Positions 12,352-30,873 of a stretch of DNA of 64,000 nt are shown in pieces; within the stretch, counting starts at the first letter, position 1; each line of letters starts with the position of its first letter. The position numbers were made by a program, and so were the translations under genes. Source of the stretch: Octopus sinensis. Its lineage: Eukaryota. The notes beneath the pieces were generated by a model, which saw only the letters and a program-made list of their open reading frames with translations, ran no database searches and was not told where the DNA came from. The stretch covers positions 47,120,001-47,184,000 of the forward strand of contig NC_043012.1 of NCBI RefSeq assembly GCF_006345805.1, given 5' to 3'.

Positions 12352-14717
12352 AATATATATACATATATATATACACACACACATATATACATATATATTC
12401 ATACATACATCATGCATAGATCATACGTACATACATAAAAAGGCAGTTCCTTAGCACAGTCGAAGTAATGGGAATTTTCGTCGCCTATCAGCTTCTTTCT
12501 ACTTAAAACATCTAAGTGTTTGGACTTCAACCTGTTAACTAATGAAGCACTACCAAGGAGTATCAGTTGACACTGTTAACTACTTAAAGCTGCCGCGGCC
12601 GTGATTTTGAGAAATAAATTGGAACAAAATCTTCCTCTTCTATAACATCATAGTGTTTTACTTTTTCTGATTTAGTGTTTCGAAGACTACATTGTGGAAT
12701 ATATCAAACCATATTGAAAAATACATTGGTGGCGGATACTGTGTTATTCTTCCTAAATGGTCTATTTTCTCGTTGTAGTTCTCTCATTGGCATCAGTTTT
12801 TGCTGGTTGTCTGAACCTTGGACTGATAGTGATTTGTTTGGAAGTGATTACGCCTCACCTGTTCATGTATGAATTTAAGATTTCCGACTCCAAGTCTTAT
12901 ATCAGATTTTCATTTCAGATTGCTGATTATAAAGTAGCACGGTTATACTAGTAATACTACGTGACACAGACACATGCATTTAATCACCCGAATGAAATAA
13001 CTTCTGAAAAGTTATGGGAAGGGCACAAACGAGTAGGAAATTCTGGACATATAAACAATCGATCAAACTGGATGAAGTTTGTTTAATTGTATAGAAGGGA
13101 CGTAATGTTAGTGGATAGATGTGATTATATTTGGAGGTTGAAACACAATGCAGAAGATGGAGTCATATAAAAAGAAGTATATGGGAATACTAGAAATGTC
13201 CATCCAAATTTTTTTTATTCCTGACTCGAAATGATCTCAGACACCGGTATAAACATTCAATAGTTATTTACTAGGATACTGTTAGAGACAAATGTTATAT
13301 CCTAATGTTTCTCTTCAACAGCGAAACAATTTTGTAATTTAACATTATATAAATGTTGACATTATTTCGTGGGTCTTTATAGTCATATCCTAGAAATCAT
13401 TAACATAAATGTATTCTGTACTATTGTAAAATGGACGGAAATGAAAACCATGTCGTTTGTATTGCCTCCTGATAGTAGATACTGCATCTGTATATGGAAC
13501 AAAATCCCCGCATCGGTGTAATCTCAGGTATATGTTTCTACATATCTATAAAATGCTTTAGCTTAAGTGTCATATCATTAAGGTTAATATTCCTCTAGAT
13601 AGCCACCTGCGTTGTTATACCGTTACAGGATTGAAATTAAATGTTTTATGGTGGCTTTTGGAACTTTTATGATTTGCTATAAAGTGCGTGAAGGCGAGTG
13701 TAATACAATATATTTGTACCCCATTGAATTCCCTGTTAATAGTGGATTGCTGCTTCCAGCTGAGCAAATAAAGTAGTTGAAATATAAATGATATGATATA
13801 TTGCAGATTTCCTTTATTTTACTCTCACTTGAGTAATGTATGTAAATTCATTTGCAAAGCTTCCAAATATTTGCTAGTGAGAAGCTCCAGAGTTCGTTTT
13901 AGGAGACATGAATTATTCTGTACACTAAATATTATTTTATTGGACAGAACCACGACGATAAATTCCAGATAAGTAGAGTATGCAATATCATATTGCATCA
14001 ATAATTTATTCCTATGTTATATTGGGATTCTATTTCAAGACCATGTTGCTTACATTCAGATGTTTTGATGTTTGCTTCTATGATAGGTTTAAATGGTGAC
14101 ATAAAATACTGTAGATACATTGCACTCTATTTATAACATGCATTATCAATATGTGAAGTATAATAACAAATATCTTTGCGTAATTTCATAACGATCATGA
14201 CAAAGTATTTTTATAATTTCATACATGAATGACTGTAAAGATTCTCTATATAATTTTACTGATAGCAAACTCATTTGCGTTAAATAAATCACTATTTCAG
14301 TACAAAGAATGAAAGGCAAGGAGAAAGACTTGTACAAAAATATTCAAAAATTGAATGATTGAATAATTCTTAATCCTATGAGAGTCAATTTACTTACCCT
14401 GTATCAATGGAAGTCGAACGTTTTTCGTACGGCAATTAATCTGACTTTTTATGCTTCTTATTAAAGAAAGATTCGTGTACTGTATAGTACATTCCTAAAT
14501 CATTATCTCGTCAGTTTCGGACGTTAGAGTGTTAATTTTTAAGGAGGTGTCACCGAGTTGTATAATCTGTCGCATAATTATGTGTATGTATTGTTTTTAA
14601 TTTCATATACCTCATATATATTATGAAAAACATAATAGTACCGGTAAAGTACTGGACTCAAAGCGTATCGAATAATACTCTATGTTCAACATCGCTCAAA
14701 TTCTGTCTAAATTAAAA

Positions 14718-14728
14718 ACAATTATTGC

Positions 14729-14807
<79 letters not shown>
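14718..14807. repeat. (TAT)n microsatellite, target/tail of an R4/Dong-like copy
   Basis: Direct reading. It abuts the 3' end of the 14808-15700 copy. Confidence 0.95.
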
Positions 14808-14808
<1 letters not shown>

Positions 14809-15700
14809 TCAGTAGTTTTATTTTTTATAGCGTGCTTTCATTTCACTACCGAGCGCAGCTCTGTGTGCCTTAGGTATGTGCTGTGATTTGGTATGATGCT
14901 CTGATGGTTATTGTATGGAAAGTGTTTTGCGTAGGATGTGTGCATGCCTAGTAGTGCAATTTTCTGTATGTTATATGTGTTTGTAAGTCCTGGTGTTTTT
15001 GTTATGTATTTGTCTGAATATTTTTTTATCAGGCCTAATGCACCTACTATGATAGGAATTGTCTCTGTTTTTAGATTCCACATTCTGGTTACCTCCATTT
15101 CCAGGTCTTTGTATTTTGAAAGTTTCTCCATTTCTTTTAGAGACACGTTGTCATCTGCCGGTATTGATACATCAATTAGAAAGCATTTTTTTCTTCATGA
15201 TCTCTGACAACTATATCTGGTCTGTTGGCCTTAATTTCTCTATCTGTGTTTATCGGCATATCCCAAAGTATAGTTGCTTTCTCGTTTTCTGTGACCTTTT
15301 CTGGTGTGTGCCTATACCATCTTTTTTCTGTTGTTATTCCATAATGTTGGCATAGATTCCAATGTATGTAGGTTCCAACTCTGTCATGTCTGTGAATATA
15401 TTCCTTCTTAGCCAGGACTGGGCAGTCAGAGGTAATATGATTTATTGTTTCTTGTCCATCTCCACATATTCTGCAGTTACTTGTTATATTTCTTTTCATT
15501 ATATGTTTTTGGTAATTTCTGGTGGGGAGGCTTTGGTCTTGTGCTGCAATTAAAAATCCATCTGTCTCTGCTTTGAGTCCTGAGCTTCTCAACCATTGCT
15601 GGGATTTTTCTTTGTCTATTTCTTTTGCATTTAGTTTAGTCCAGTATTTACCGTGAAGGGGTTTTTCTTGCCATCGTTTTATCATGGTTCTTTGCTGTTC
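14808..15700 (-). mobile_element. R4/Dong-like LINE, 5'-truncated (CCHC knuckle plus REL endonuclease)
   Basis: ORFs contain CRICGDGQETINHITSDC, RHDRVGTYIHW, ANRPDIVVRD and EKLSKYKDL. (TAA)n flanks both sides. A close paralog lies at 49700-50345. Confidence 0.9.
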
Positions 15701-19404
<3,704 letters not shown>

Positions 19405-19642
19405 ATTAATACGATAATTAACGCTTTTACTGGTATGTAAATATTTAACCTGGGAGTAACGCATGAAGAATAATGTTAACTTGCTTGGAATTTTCCAAAA
19501 TGACTTGGTCACTATACAAATCACTAAATAACTTAGCGTTTTGACTAGTATTAATGAGAAAGATGAAAACTGAAATGCTCGGAGTAGGGGGTCAAACTTA
19601 TTATTATGATTATTATGATTATTATTATTATTATCAGTATTA

Positions 19643-19727
<85 letters not shown>

Positions 19728-19733
19728 TATTAT

Positions 19734-20257
19734 ATGTTAGACTTTTTCTTTGTATTTGTAAATGTTGACTACATGTCTCACCCAAAGACCTCTGGGACAA
19801 CACGCTAGATGTTCATGTTGGTGTTATGCCTTGGGTGTCATATATTTGGTTTTGCACATAATATTGTTCGAGAGAATGCTTCAGAAAGCAAGAAATTTAT
19901 AAGTTTGTCCGCGTACTTCTCGATATTTTTGTTCACTGTCCACCAGGGCGCCGATAATTATTGGTACTACTGCTAGTTTTTTCCTCGACCACAACTGTTT
20001 ACCTTCCAAGCTAACCTGTCATATCTCGCAAATTTTCTTTCTTCCTTATCGCATATCTGGTTGCCAGCTGGGCATGCCATATCTATGATCCAGCAGAGTT
20101 ATTTCTTCTTTCTCAATTAAGACTATGTCCGGCTTCCTATTCTCTGTATCATGATCGCACTGAATCATAAACTCCCATAAGTACTTTGCATTTCTATTTT
20201 CCACGATGCCTTCAGGTTTGTTGGTCGCACCAATGTTTTACTCAGTGAAGTCCATAA
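19734..20257 (-). mobile_element. R4/Dong-like REL 3' fragment (fourth subfamily), copy 1
   Basis: Near-identical to 21079-21603. Frameshifted NRKPDIVLIEK / IIDMACPAG / EERKFARY motifs. TAA-type repeats lie on both sides. Confidence 0.8.
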
Positions 20258-20284
20258 TTGTTGTTGCTCTTTATTGTTGTTGTT

Positions 20285-20320
<36 letters not shown>

Positions 20321-20349
20321 GTTGTTGTTGTTGTTGTTGTTATTGTTAC

Positions 20350-20384
<35 letters not shown>

Positions 20385-20988
20385 TATTATTATTATCAAT
20401 ATTATCATGATTATTATCATTATTATCATCATTATTATTATTATTATCATCATCATCATTATTTTTATAATTGTTTCATTATTAATATCATTATTTTTAT
20501 TAGTAGTAGTAGTAGCAGTAGTATTAGTAACAGTAGCAGTAGTAGCAGCTTCAGCTACAATGTTATTACTAATAGCAGCTGCAGTAGTAGTAGTAGTAGT
20601 AGTAGAAGTAGTAGTAGTCGTAGTGGTGGTGGCGGTGTTGGTGGTGGTGGTGGTGTCGGTGGTGGTGGTGGCGGTGATAATGGTGTTGGTGGCGGTGGCG
20701 GCTATAATGGTGGAGCTTTTTGTTTGTAGCAGTGAAAGCAATGCTTATTAATACGATAATTAACGCTTTTACTGGTATGTAATATTTAACCTGGGAGTAA
20801 CGCGTGAAGCATAATGTTAACTTGCTTGGAATTTTCCAAAATGACTTGGTCACTATACAAATCACTAAATAACTTAGCGTTTTTACTAGTATTGATGAGA
20901 AAGATGAAAACTGAAATGCTCGGAGTAGGGGGTCAAACTTATATTATGATTATTATGATTATTATTATTATTATCAGTATTATCATTA

Positions 20989-21072
<84 letters not shown>

Positions 21073-21078
21073 TATTAT

Positions 21079-21603
21079 ATGTTAGATTTTTTCTTTGTAT
21101 TTGTAAATGTTGACTACATGTCTCACCCAAAGACCTCTGGGACAACACGCTAGATGTTCATGTTGGTGTTATGCCTTGGGTGTCATATATTTGGTTTTGC
21201 ACATAATATTGTTCGAGAGAATGCTTCAGAAAGCAAGAAATTTATAAGTTTGTCCGCGTACTTCTCGATATTTTTGTTCACTGTCACCAGGGCGCCGATA
21301 ATTATTGGTACTACTGCTAGTTTTTTCCTCGACCACAACTGTTTACCTTCCCAAGCTAACCTGTCATATCTCGCAAATTTTCTTTCTTCCTTATCGCATA
21401 TCTGGTTGCCAGCTGGGCATGCCATATCTATGATCCAGCAGAGTTATTTCTTCTTTCTCAATTAAGACTATGTCCGGCTTCCTATTCTCTGTATCATGAT
21501 CGCACTGAATCATAAACTCCCATAAGTACTTTGCATTTCTATTTTCCACGATGCCTTCAGGTTTGTTGGTCGCACCAATGTTTTACTCAGTGAAGTCCAT
21601 AAT
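21079..21603 (-). mobile_element. R4/Dong-like REL 3' fragment (fourth subfamily), copy 2
   Basis: ORF 21183-21425 MACPAGNQICDKEERKFARYDRLAWEGKQLWSRKKLAVVPIIIGAL is a REL C-terminus. Confidence 0.8.
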
Positions 21604-21629
21604 TGTTGTTGCTCTTTATTGTTGTTGTT

Positions 21630-21668
<39 letters not shown>

Positions 21669-21697
21669 GTTGTTGTTGTTGTTGTTGTTATTGTTAC

Positions 21698-21745
<48 letters not shown>

Positions 21746-22482
21746 CAATATTATCATGATTATTATCATTATTATCATCATTATTATTATTATTATCATC
21801 ATCATCATTATTTTTATAATTGTTATCATTATTAATATCATTATTTTTATTAGTAGTAGTAGTAGCAGTAGTATTAGTAACAGTAGCAGTAGTAGCAGCT
21901 TCAGCTACAATGTTATTACTAATAGCAGCTGCAGTAGTAGTAGTAGTAGTAGTAGAAGTAGTAGTAGTCGTAGTGGTGGTGGCGGTGTTGGTGGTGGTGG
22001 TGGTGTCGGTGGTGGTGGTGGCGGTGATAATGGTGGTGGTGGCGGTGGCGGCTATAATGGTGGAGCTTTTTGTTTGTAGCAGTGAAAGCAATGCTTATTA
22101 ATACGATAATTAACGCTTTTACTGGTATGTAAATATTTAACCTGGGAGTAACGCGTGAAGCATAATGTTAACTTGCTTGGAATTTTCCAAAATGACTTGG
22201 TCACTATACAAATCACTAAATAACTTAGCGTTTTTACTAGTATTGATGAGAAAGATGAAAACTGAAATGCTCGGAGTAGGGGGTCAAACTTAATATATGA
22301 AAATACATGAACGTGTACATGCATGCGAGTGTGTGTACATATATATGCGTGTGTATGTGTGATTGCGTGTGTGCGTGTGGGTTCGCATGCACACGTGTGT
22401 TGATAAGTATTATATATCTACTATCCAATTATGTATCTTATATATGCATGTGTATGTACACACATGTATATATATATATATA

Positions 22483-22517
<35 letters not shown>

Positions 22518-22558
22518 ACGTATATATGTATATAAATATATCTATATATATAAATGTA

Positions 22559-22632
<74 letters not shown>

Positions 22633-23624
22633 CATGCCGTATATATACATGTATATATATATATATACATGCATGTGTGTACGTGTGTATATATCTTTAT
22701 ATGTCTACATACACGCATATACGGAAAAATACGAGAGTAGAATAGATAGAATGATGGTAGCGTAGATAGAGCTAATGGGAAATATGCATTTATTTTAAAA
22801 TATAGCGATAAAATATAAAAAAGTAAAACATCGCCACATGGTTTGAATAGGATAACCATTTACATGTAATCTTTATTAATCATTTTTATTAGCAATTCCC
22901 TCTCCATTTTAGAAACACGTGCCGTACTATTAAACTACATATATTTAATAATTTCCTTTCCACAAATTTGATTTGCATTTATTAAAGTAGAATTGCAGTC
23001 CATTTTCAAAATAAAAATTCCATCGATTTTTCCTGCAGTATATTACAAGATAGGGCAACCTATTTCTCTGGCGAATCTTCATATGAATTACTTCTGGGCT
23101 TGTCGTCTGACAATCTTCATACACTAAATATAAAATAGGACACTTGCACTGGAAATATATTCGAGAGAATTGCTTGCAATTACATCACGTCTAATCAATC
23201 ATGCTGCACATGTATTACAGGATACAATTTTTGCTTTTCCTTCTTCAAATTTTTCTCAGGCGTTCAGTTCGTTCCTCTCTTCGCATTCACTTACTTCTTT
23301 ACTGACACCCTCTCACTCTCAAATTCTATTTTTCTCAACACTGTCGCTCTCTTTCTATCTCGCTCACTCTCTCTCTCTCTCTCTCTCAGATACACGGACG
23401 TACACATATGCATGCACCTACACACGCGAGCACAGAAGCACACATGTTTACAGTTGTATAATTTATTTATGCACCTGTATGTATGCATGCATGCATTCAT
23501 CACGTACGTATACACGCAAACGTATAAACAGCTATACATATATTCAAAAATATGCGTCAGCAAATTGGATGCATAGACACGCACGTACTAATGTGTATTA
23601 TACACACACACATATATATAAATG

Positions 23625-23660
<36 letters not shown>

Positions 23661-23918
23661 ATATATATTATATATATATATACACGCACATATATACATA
23701 CATGCATACATATTCGTACATATTCATTCACATATACACATATTGTAATTGGAAACATTTTAATTGCGCTGGGAAAACAGATCCGCCATATTATAAACAT
23801 ATTATACAAATGCTTGAAGTCACATATTTGCATCTATACACACAAACAACCACATATGTACAAACGTACACAACATATCTATACTTGTAAATTATTGTGC
23901 ACACAAACACACACAAAC

Positions 23919-23955
<37 letters not shown>

Positions 23956-24130
23956 ATATGCATGAGTATAACATGAAATTTCAGAGTAATGAATATTTCA
24001 AGGAAATCTCACTGAATATTGACGTCTATTTAAGATACTTAATCAATGAACATAAATACATATAGACAAAAATACCCCTAAGCAGTAATACATTTACATA
24101 GTTATATGTATTTTCTTGAGTGTATGCACG

Positions 24131-24195
<65 letters not shown>

Positions 24196-24929
24196 TATAT
24201 ATATATCGGTATGTTTTTGTATCTTTATGTATATAAAGAAATTGGTAGACGTATAATAGTTATAGAGTTGTACATATATACATATATGTGTATGCAAATA
24301 TGCATACATTTATGCTCTTACCTATATTTGCATAAGGCTTTTGTATGAATAGAACGATGCCTATAGGGAAACATTTCGTCGATTCTTAACAAGCTGCTAT
24401 AAATCGTATGTTTATTATATATAGCGTAAGTACCACAGTTAATTTGTCAAATATTTAAAAACCTCAATGGGGATGTACAAACCTATGTCTATGACGAAGA
24501 TTCGGAGCACTTTATGGCTCCAACCATATATACACACTTATAGAGTAATTCCAATTTTGAAGTCCTTTTTTTACACTATCTAGATTTTTCATACCGGTTT
24601 CATCTATAAACTTTAAACTTTAAATAAAATATTGAGACTCAATACAAGTCACTTCAGCACTTCATAAATTTTTCTAAACGGAAGAACACTTTGTATTGAG
24701 TGATGAAATGCAAATGTTTGCGGCATCTATTTATTTTTGTATGCTGAATGTTGATAACACACGTTTAAAATATTTAACTTGCAGGGATGCATTAAGACAG
24801 GCATAGGCGTGTGTGTGTGTTTGTGCGAGTGTTGAGTGTGAGAGTGTGAATGTGTGTGTATGTGTGTGTGTGTGTGTGTGTGTGTCTGCATAGATATTTT
24901 GATAGATAAATATATATATATATATATAT

Positions 24930-24964
<35 letters not shown>

Positions 24965-26410
24965 CATAGATACATAGATAGATAGACTGTATATGTGAAT
25001 GAATATGTCACTACTGAGAGATAAATCAAGCTGGTTTGCTGGCCATGATGTATTTTATGTGTATTAATGGCAGCATATTATTCTGTTAAATCAAATATAT
25101 ATAAGTTTTTCATAAAAATTACGAATTTATATTATGTAATTAATATTCCAATTTTTGAATTAGAGTTGGCATTGCTTAATATAAGTGGGTTTCATTTCAT
25201 TTCCTTGTATGTCTTTGGGTATTTTGTTATAGAAACATATTAAGTATATATGTCTACAATCATCACATAATTTACACGAATTAAAGATAATTATAAATTT
25301 ATACTGGCGTATCTAAATCCTCTCATTTCTATTTCGCATTTTTCGCCGAAATATTTCAGATTTCATTTTAGGACATGCTTAGTTATCGTCTTAAAAGATG
25401 CCAGCGCATATACGAAGAGAATGAAATTATCTTGGTTTGTTTATTTTAGTGTGTCTGAATGAATATTATTTTTACATAGTCTTCATTTAGATAGTTGGCT
25501 GAGCTTAAAGACTACAGTTAATATTGCAGATTATATTATAACTATTTGAATATGTAAATGGTTCGCAAGGCTAATTTCGAAACTTATCTGCCCATGTCTG
25601 ATGCTATAACCATGCCGGTGATATTTATGATTAAATTGATTTGGAGTCACTGCAAAAATAATCTATGCTATTCTTATTTAGGTCAAATTTGACTGGATGA
25701 AAAGGTAATTGATTTTACGAGCAAATTTCCATTACACACACGTGTGGTTGGCAAATGGCAATTACATTTTGGTGCATTGCTTTATTTGGATATAAATGTT
25801 ATTCCACGCTTCTATATTGTGGTATAGCTGGTCCGGAGAATGTTGATTTAGGAAGTTTAAAATATATGTATCGCTTATAACTATGAAATATAAGAACCGA
25901 TGTTCATGAAAGGAGTAAAATAAATTTAAACATCTTTCTGATAACGGAAACACAAAAATATCGTCATACTATCTACTCCATGAATTTCTTGTTGATAAAA
26001 AATTTTCGTTCATAAAGTGGCATACTTTGGAACCTCATAGATAGTATGAGTGTGTGCGTGAGTTTCGTGTATGTGAGTGTGAGTGCTCGCATGCTTGTAT
26101 AAGTGAACATATTGAAAAAGACCACATCATGCATTTCATCAGACAGTGAGATGTCGACATTTATAGAAGGCATATTACTGAAGTCATATACATGCATGCA
26201 TATAAGCGTACAGACGCATGCACACACACATATACACATACACACACACACACACATACATACACACATACACACACACACGCAAACACTTTTATTAAAG
26301 CTGCTAAATCATCACGTAGCTGTTCGTCGAACAGTTGTGATGAATAGAAAATTTATGTCCTTACTTTTCTGTGTGTATATATATATATAATATGTGTGTG
26401 TGTGTGTGTA

Positions 26411-26453
<43 letters not shown>

Positions 26454-26456
<3 letters not shown>

Positions 26457-27236
26457 CGAACCCCTCAGTTTATCGAAAGTGCCAGAGAGAAGATACGACG
26501 AAGTTCCAATCGTTCCGTCAGAAAACTGGCTGCTAGAAAACTCGATGTATCGAGTGTTGAAAAAGGATCTCAAGACCCATCTTGGGAAGATGAACTCCCA
26601 TCATTAACTCAATCAAGATTATGAGATCATGAAAATAGAGAGAAGGAAGCCTTCGGATCTTGCGTCAGATTGCTAAAGGCACGCTGCCCAAACTGATTCA
26701 AAAGACATTTTACATCGAATGAACAGTGAACCACCAGAATGAATGACTTTGGAATGTATCTGGCTCCGTCGTGGGCAGAACACGTCGTAAATCGATGTCA
26801 AAACCCACCTTCAATTGGCTGTGATAGCCAATGATGTGTGTCCCTTTTTTGTGCCCTAGGGTATTAAAATTAAGATCCAGCGATAAATTATTCTAGAGGG
26901 TGAACCGCTTCCATGGGTGAATGAGCACATTCAAGGCGCATCTTGGAGCCTCTAATACGATTCGGTACCAACCCACAGTTCTAAACAGACACAAAAACTG
27001 GCTTCAGAAAAACATTCCGTCGTCCATAGCCCTGATCTCAGCCCGTTGGATTTTTCTAATTGATCCATTTTGGAGAAGAAAATCTCGATCAATCATCATG
27101 CTTCGCTCGACGCCCTGAAGGCAAAACCACGACCGGAATGGGCTTCATTTACGTAATAATAGCTGAGTACCGCGTGTGAAGAATTCGCACCTAGAGTGAA
27201 GGGTGTGGTTTGAAACAGATGAGTCATATCGAATAA
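26454..27236 (+). mobile_element. Degenerate Tc1/mariner-superfamily transposase fragment, probably maT (DD37D-like)
   Basis: VRTPQFIESAREKIRRSSNRSVRKLAARKLDVS (HTH region) and SPDLSPLDF...ILEKKI...HASLDALKA near the end. Many frameshifts. Confidence 0.7.
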
Positions 27237-27377
27237 ATGTGGTAGTGTTATAACTGTGTTTCCTTTACATTGCTCCACCCTGAACACACAAACACACACA
27301 CACACACACGCACACATATTTATATATATAGATATATATATACACACATATATATGTATATATATACATGTATGTAT

Positions 27378-27601
27378 CTCTTTACCCTCTTTTACTTGTT
27401 TCAGTCATTTGACTGCGGCCATGCTGGAGCACCGCCTTTAGTCGAGCAAATCGACCCCAGGACTTATTCTTTGTAAGCCCACTACTTATTCTATCGTTCT
27501 CTTTTGCCGAACCGCTAAGTGACGGCGACGTAAACACACCAGCATCGGTTGTAAAGCAATGCTAGGGGGACAAACACAGACACACAAACACACACATACA
27601 C

Positions 27602-27635
<34 letters not shown>

Positions 27636-27799
27636 GGCAGGCTTCTTTCAGTTACCGTCTACCAAATCCACTCACAAGGCTTTGGTCGGCCCGAGGCTAT
27701 AGCAGAAGACACTTGCCCAAGGTGTCACGCAGTGGGACTGAACCCAGAACCATGTGTTTAGTAAACAAGCTACTTACCACACAGCCACTCCTGCCCCTA
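27378..27799 (-). mobile_element. tRNA-derived SINE (family 2), full length with an internal CA/TA microsatellite
   Basis: Minus-strand head ggcaggagtggctgtgtggtaag...ggttctgggttcagtccc (A/B-box-like). Homologous pieces lie at 28546, 31939 and 55281. Confidence 0.85.
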
Positions 27800-27833
27800 T
27801 AGAATGCATGTGTGTGTGTCTATGTATATATGC

Positions 27834-27885
<52 letters not shown>

Positions 27886-27896
27886 ATGTATATATA

Positions 27897-27941
<45 letters not shown>

Positions 27942-28063
27942 CATATACATATATATGCACATATACATAGACACACACACACATGCATTCTTTTTCTTTT
28001 TATTTTTTTATATGTTTCAGCCCTAAAGTAGTTGCACTGCCGAGGCGCCGCCAGTCTAATTAC

Positions 28064-28470
28064 CTATTCAAAGGCCAATCGGATGTGATTTGCTTTTGGT
28101 GAAGGAGGGAGTTCGTTACTGCTCCCTCTTTTGGGCATCTTGCCTTGATATTGGCTCCTCTGAGACTTTGGATAGCAAGAGATCAACCCCACTCCATGAA
28201 GATCCAAATGCTTTGGGAAGGCGTTAAACAGTAGTGGCCTCTTGAATTCCAAGCTATTGAAGTACATGGTCAGCAGTCTAGACGAGATCGCTGGCACAAC
28301 GCAATGACGTCCACTTCGGGCTCTGGTATAGCTCTCAATTCCACATTTCTGCATATCTCTCCCGTCTTCTCTCCAGGGAGTAGAGTTGTAACTCTTTCAG
28401 TCTCCTCCAGTAGCTCTTTTCCTTGTGTAACATCGCTGAACCGCTTCAATTTCCCCTTTTAATCTGACAT
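28064..28470 (-). mobile_element. CR1/L2-group LINE 3' fragment
   Basis: YWRRLKELQLYSLERRRERY (CR1-type signature), then GRHCVVP...YFNSLEFKRPLLFNAFPKHL, homologous to 10995-11240. Confidence 0.75.
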
Positions 28471-28545
28471 TGTAGAGTGATCACAGTTGAGAGAGCAGTA
28501 GCCCAGACGGCTGAGGACAAATATACACTTTGATTCATTGTTTTA

Positions 28546-28730
28546 TTCTTTTGCTTGTTTCAGCCATTTGATTGCAGCCATGCTGGAGCACCGTCCGTCT
28601 TGAAAGGTCTTCATCGAAGTAATTGAGTCCAGGACTTTTTAAAGCCTAGCACTTGTTCAGTCGCCCAATTTTACCCAGCCACTAAATTACGGGAGCATAA
28701 ATATACCAAAGACACACTGACACGGACACA
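28546..28730 (-). mobile_element. SINE family 2, 3' fragment
   Basis: cttgtttcagccatttgattgcagccatgctggagcaccg matches 27395-27435. Confidence 0.65.
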
Positions 28731-28754
28731 GACAGACAGACAGACAGAAAGACA

Positions 28755-28819
<65 letters not shown>

Positions 28820-28834
28820 CACACACAATCACAG

Positions 28835-28883
<49 letters not shown>

Positions 28884-29329
28884 CATATATGAAAATTATC
28901 GGACCTAATTTTTTAGTGTATGTGTTTAGAACCTAATTTCTCAGGATTGAGGAGCTGTTTCACTGTCTTTAGCCTTTCTCATCTTGATTAATCATGATTT
29001 CTAGACACAAAGAGGACGAAGATCATGGCTTACTTATTTTTAGTTTCGTGTTTTTGTCATGTTTTCTTACAGCCTATCGTCCTGGTTATTAATTACATCT
29101 GAAGATATGCACTGAACCTGAAAGAATACTTCGAGATAAATGGTATGTTATATAAAATTGTCAGTTCTTTGTATCTCCAGCGCATGAATATATTAGTTGC
29201 TCTTTCGTACATTGAGTGTATTATATGATATTTATCTCTCACTGGAAGGAGTAAAGTTTTGTTGATCCTACCTATAAGGGCGTAACTGTAAACTTACAAC
29301 TACAGTCACACATACTTACATACTTACAT

Positions 29330-29401
<72 letters not shown>

Positions 29402-30304
29402 TTATATGTGTGTGTGTGTGTGTTTGTATTTGTATATATGTGTGTATATATGAGTGTGTATGCATATATATATATATATATATTATAATATATATATATC
29501 GCTATACTCATACAAATATGAGTTTCGTTATTGGTTCTTAACTGTGTTAGATCCAGCATCAGCAATGTAACCCAGTATTGCGTTTTTCATATTTTCCTCG
29601 TTACTTAGTTCTAACTTCTTTTGAGGATAAGTTTTTGCAGAATCCTTTGAAGCTGCTGCCTGATAATGCAGAATTTTTCATTCCATACTCAATTTCAATA
29701 TCCCCGAAGTAAACCTTGTTTTACACTCCTCCAGGATTGATAATAAATTCAAACAACGCCTTTGGTTCTCTCGAATGAAATATTTATTAACAATATTATA
29801 TGTACGAGCTATTACTCTTCTCTCTTTGTGACCAGAATTTTTATCTCACAGAAGGTCAATGCATATACATTTGTGTTTACGACGAAACCTGCGTAATAGA
29901 TGTACTTCCAAAGACAACATTTTATTATCAGCCTACCGTATTTTTCTATGATACTGTCTCATGTCTATATCACTGAAAGAAATATCGCATGGAAAATTTG
30001 TAAAGAGCATATCACAAATAATGTGTGTGTGTGGCTATATTTTAATGTTAGATCATTTCAATGCTGGATGATAGCTTATCCTGGTGGGTACCTTATTAAG
30101 GTTATCTAAGATGAGAATTATTCCTGTGGAAATTGGTGCACATGGCAAAATGCAGACTGTTGCCTAAAAGGTTGTTCGATATTGGAACTGAGAATCACAA
30201 CAGAAGGGAATTCTATGAAGTAGGATATAAGTAATTTGATTATTATTATTATTATTTTCTACTCTAGGGACAATGCTCCACACTTTTTCTTTGGTGGGGG
30301 GGGG

Positions 30305-30445
30305 AGTCGACTTAATTTATCGACCTCGATTGGATGAAAGCAAAGACGACATCGGCGGAATTTGAACTCAGAACGTAAAGACAGACGAAATACCGCTAAG
30401 CATTTCGCTTGGCGTGCTAACGATTCTGCCAGCTCGCCGCCTTAA
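30305..30445 (-). mobile_element. tRNA-derived SINE (family 3), truncated
   Basis: Minus strand ggcggcgagctggcagaatcgttagc...gagttcaaattcc has A-box-like and B-box-like motifs. Confidence 0.7.
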
Positions 30446-30725
30446 GATTATTGTTGCTGATTCATAAATCTTTTATTGTCATAATGTGCAGCTGATAGTT
30501 TCACTGATCAGCCTTCCGACGGACATTCACATCGCTGACATTGGCCTCCCTCACAAGATTTTGTCACGAAAAAGTAAATTGCATGAGAAGCAATATGACA
30601 ATGCAGCCAAAAGCTTGGCATATGGGCAAACAAAGGTTTATATATTTATAGAGGTTTATTCCTTCTCTCGTAACCTCACTGTGCTCAGAAAAAGCACTGT
30701 AACTGAGGGACGTTTAACTATTGTC

Positions 30726-30807
<82 letters not shown>

Positions 30808-30873
30808 ATGTATATATATAGATATACAGACAGAATACGCACAGGCACACACATGCACACACACACATAAATA

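Larger units (their letters stand above)
19405..22291. repeat. Tandem duplication, about 1345-bp unit, 2.1 copies (starts 19405, 20747, 22097)
   Basis: Each unit starts attaatacgataattaacgc and contains a unique segment, (TAT)n, a REL fragment and a compound TAT/TGT/CAT/TAG/TGG microsatellite. Confidence 0.93.

Noticed and set aside
20206-22101. Long low-complexity ORFs (poly-Y/I/S/G/T/N), superficially like Gly/Ser-rich structural proteins
   Set aside because: They are translations of compound trinucleotide microsatellites that are open in most frames. There is no signal peptide or other gene structure.
24420-24550. Short protein-like frame IFKNLNGDVQTYVYDEDSEHFMAPT
   Set aside because: No start codon or convincing splice acceptor, and too short to support.
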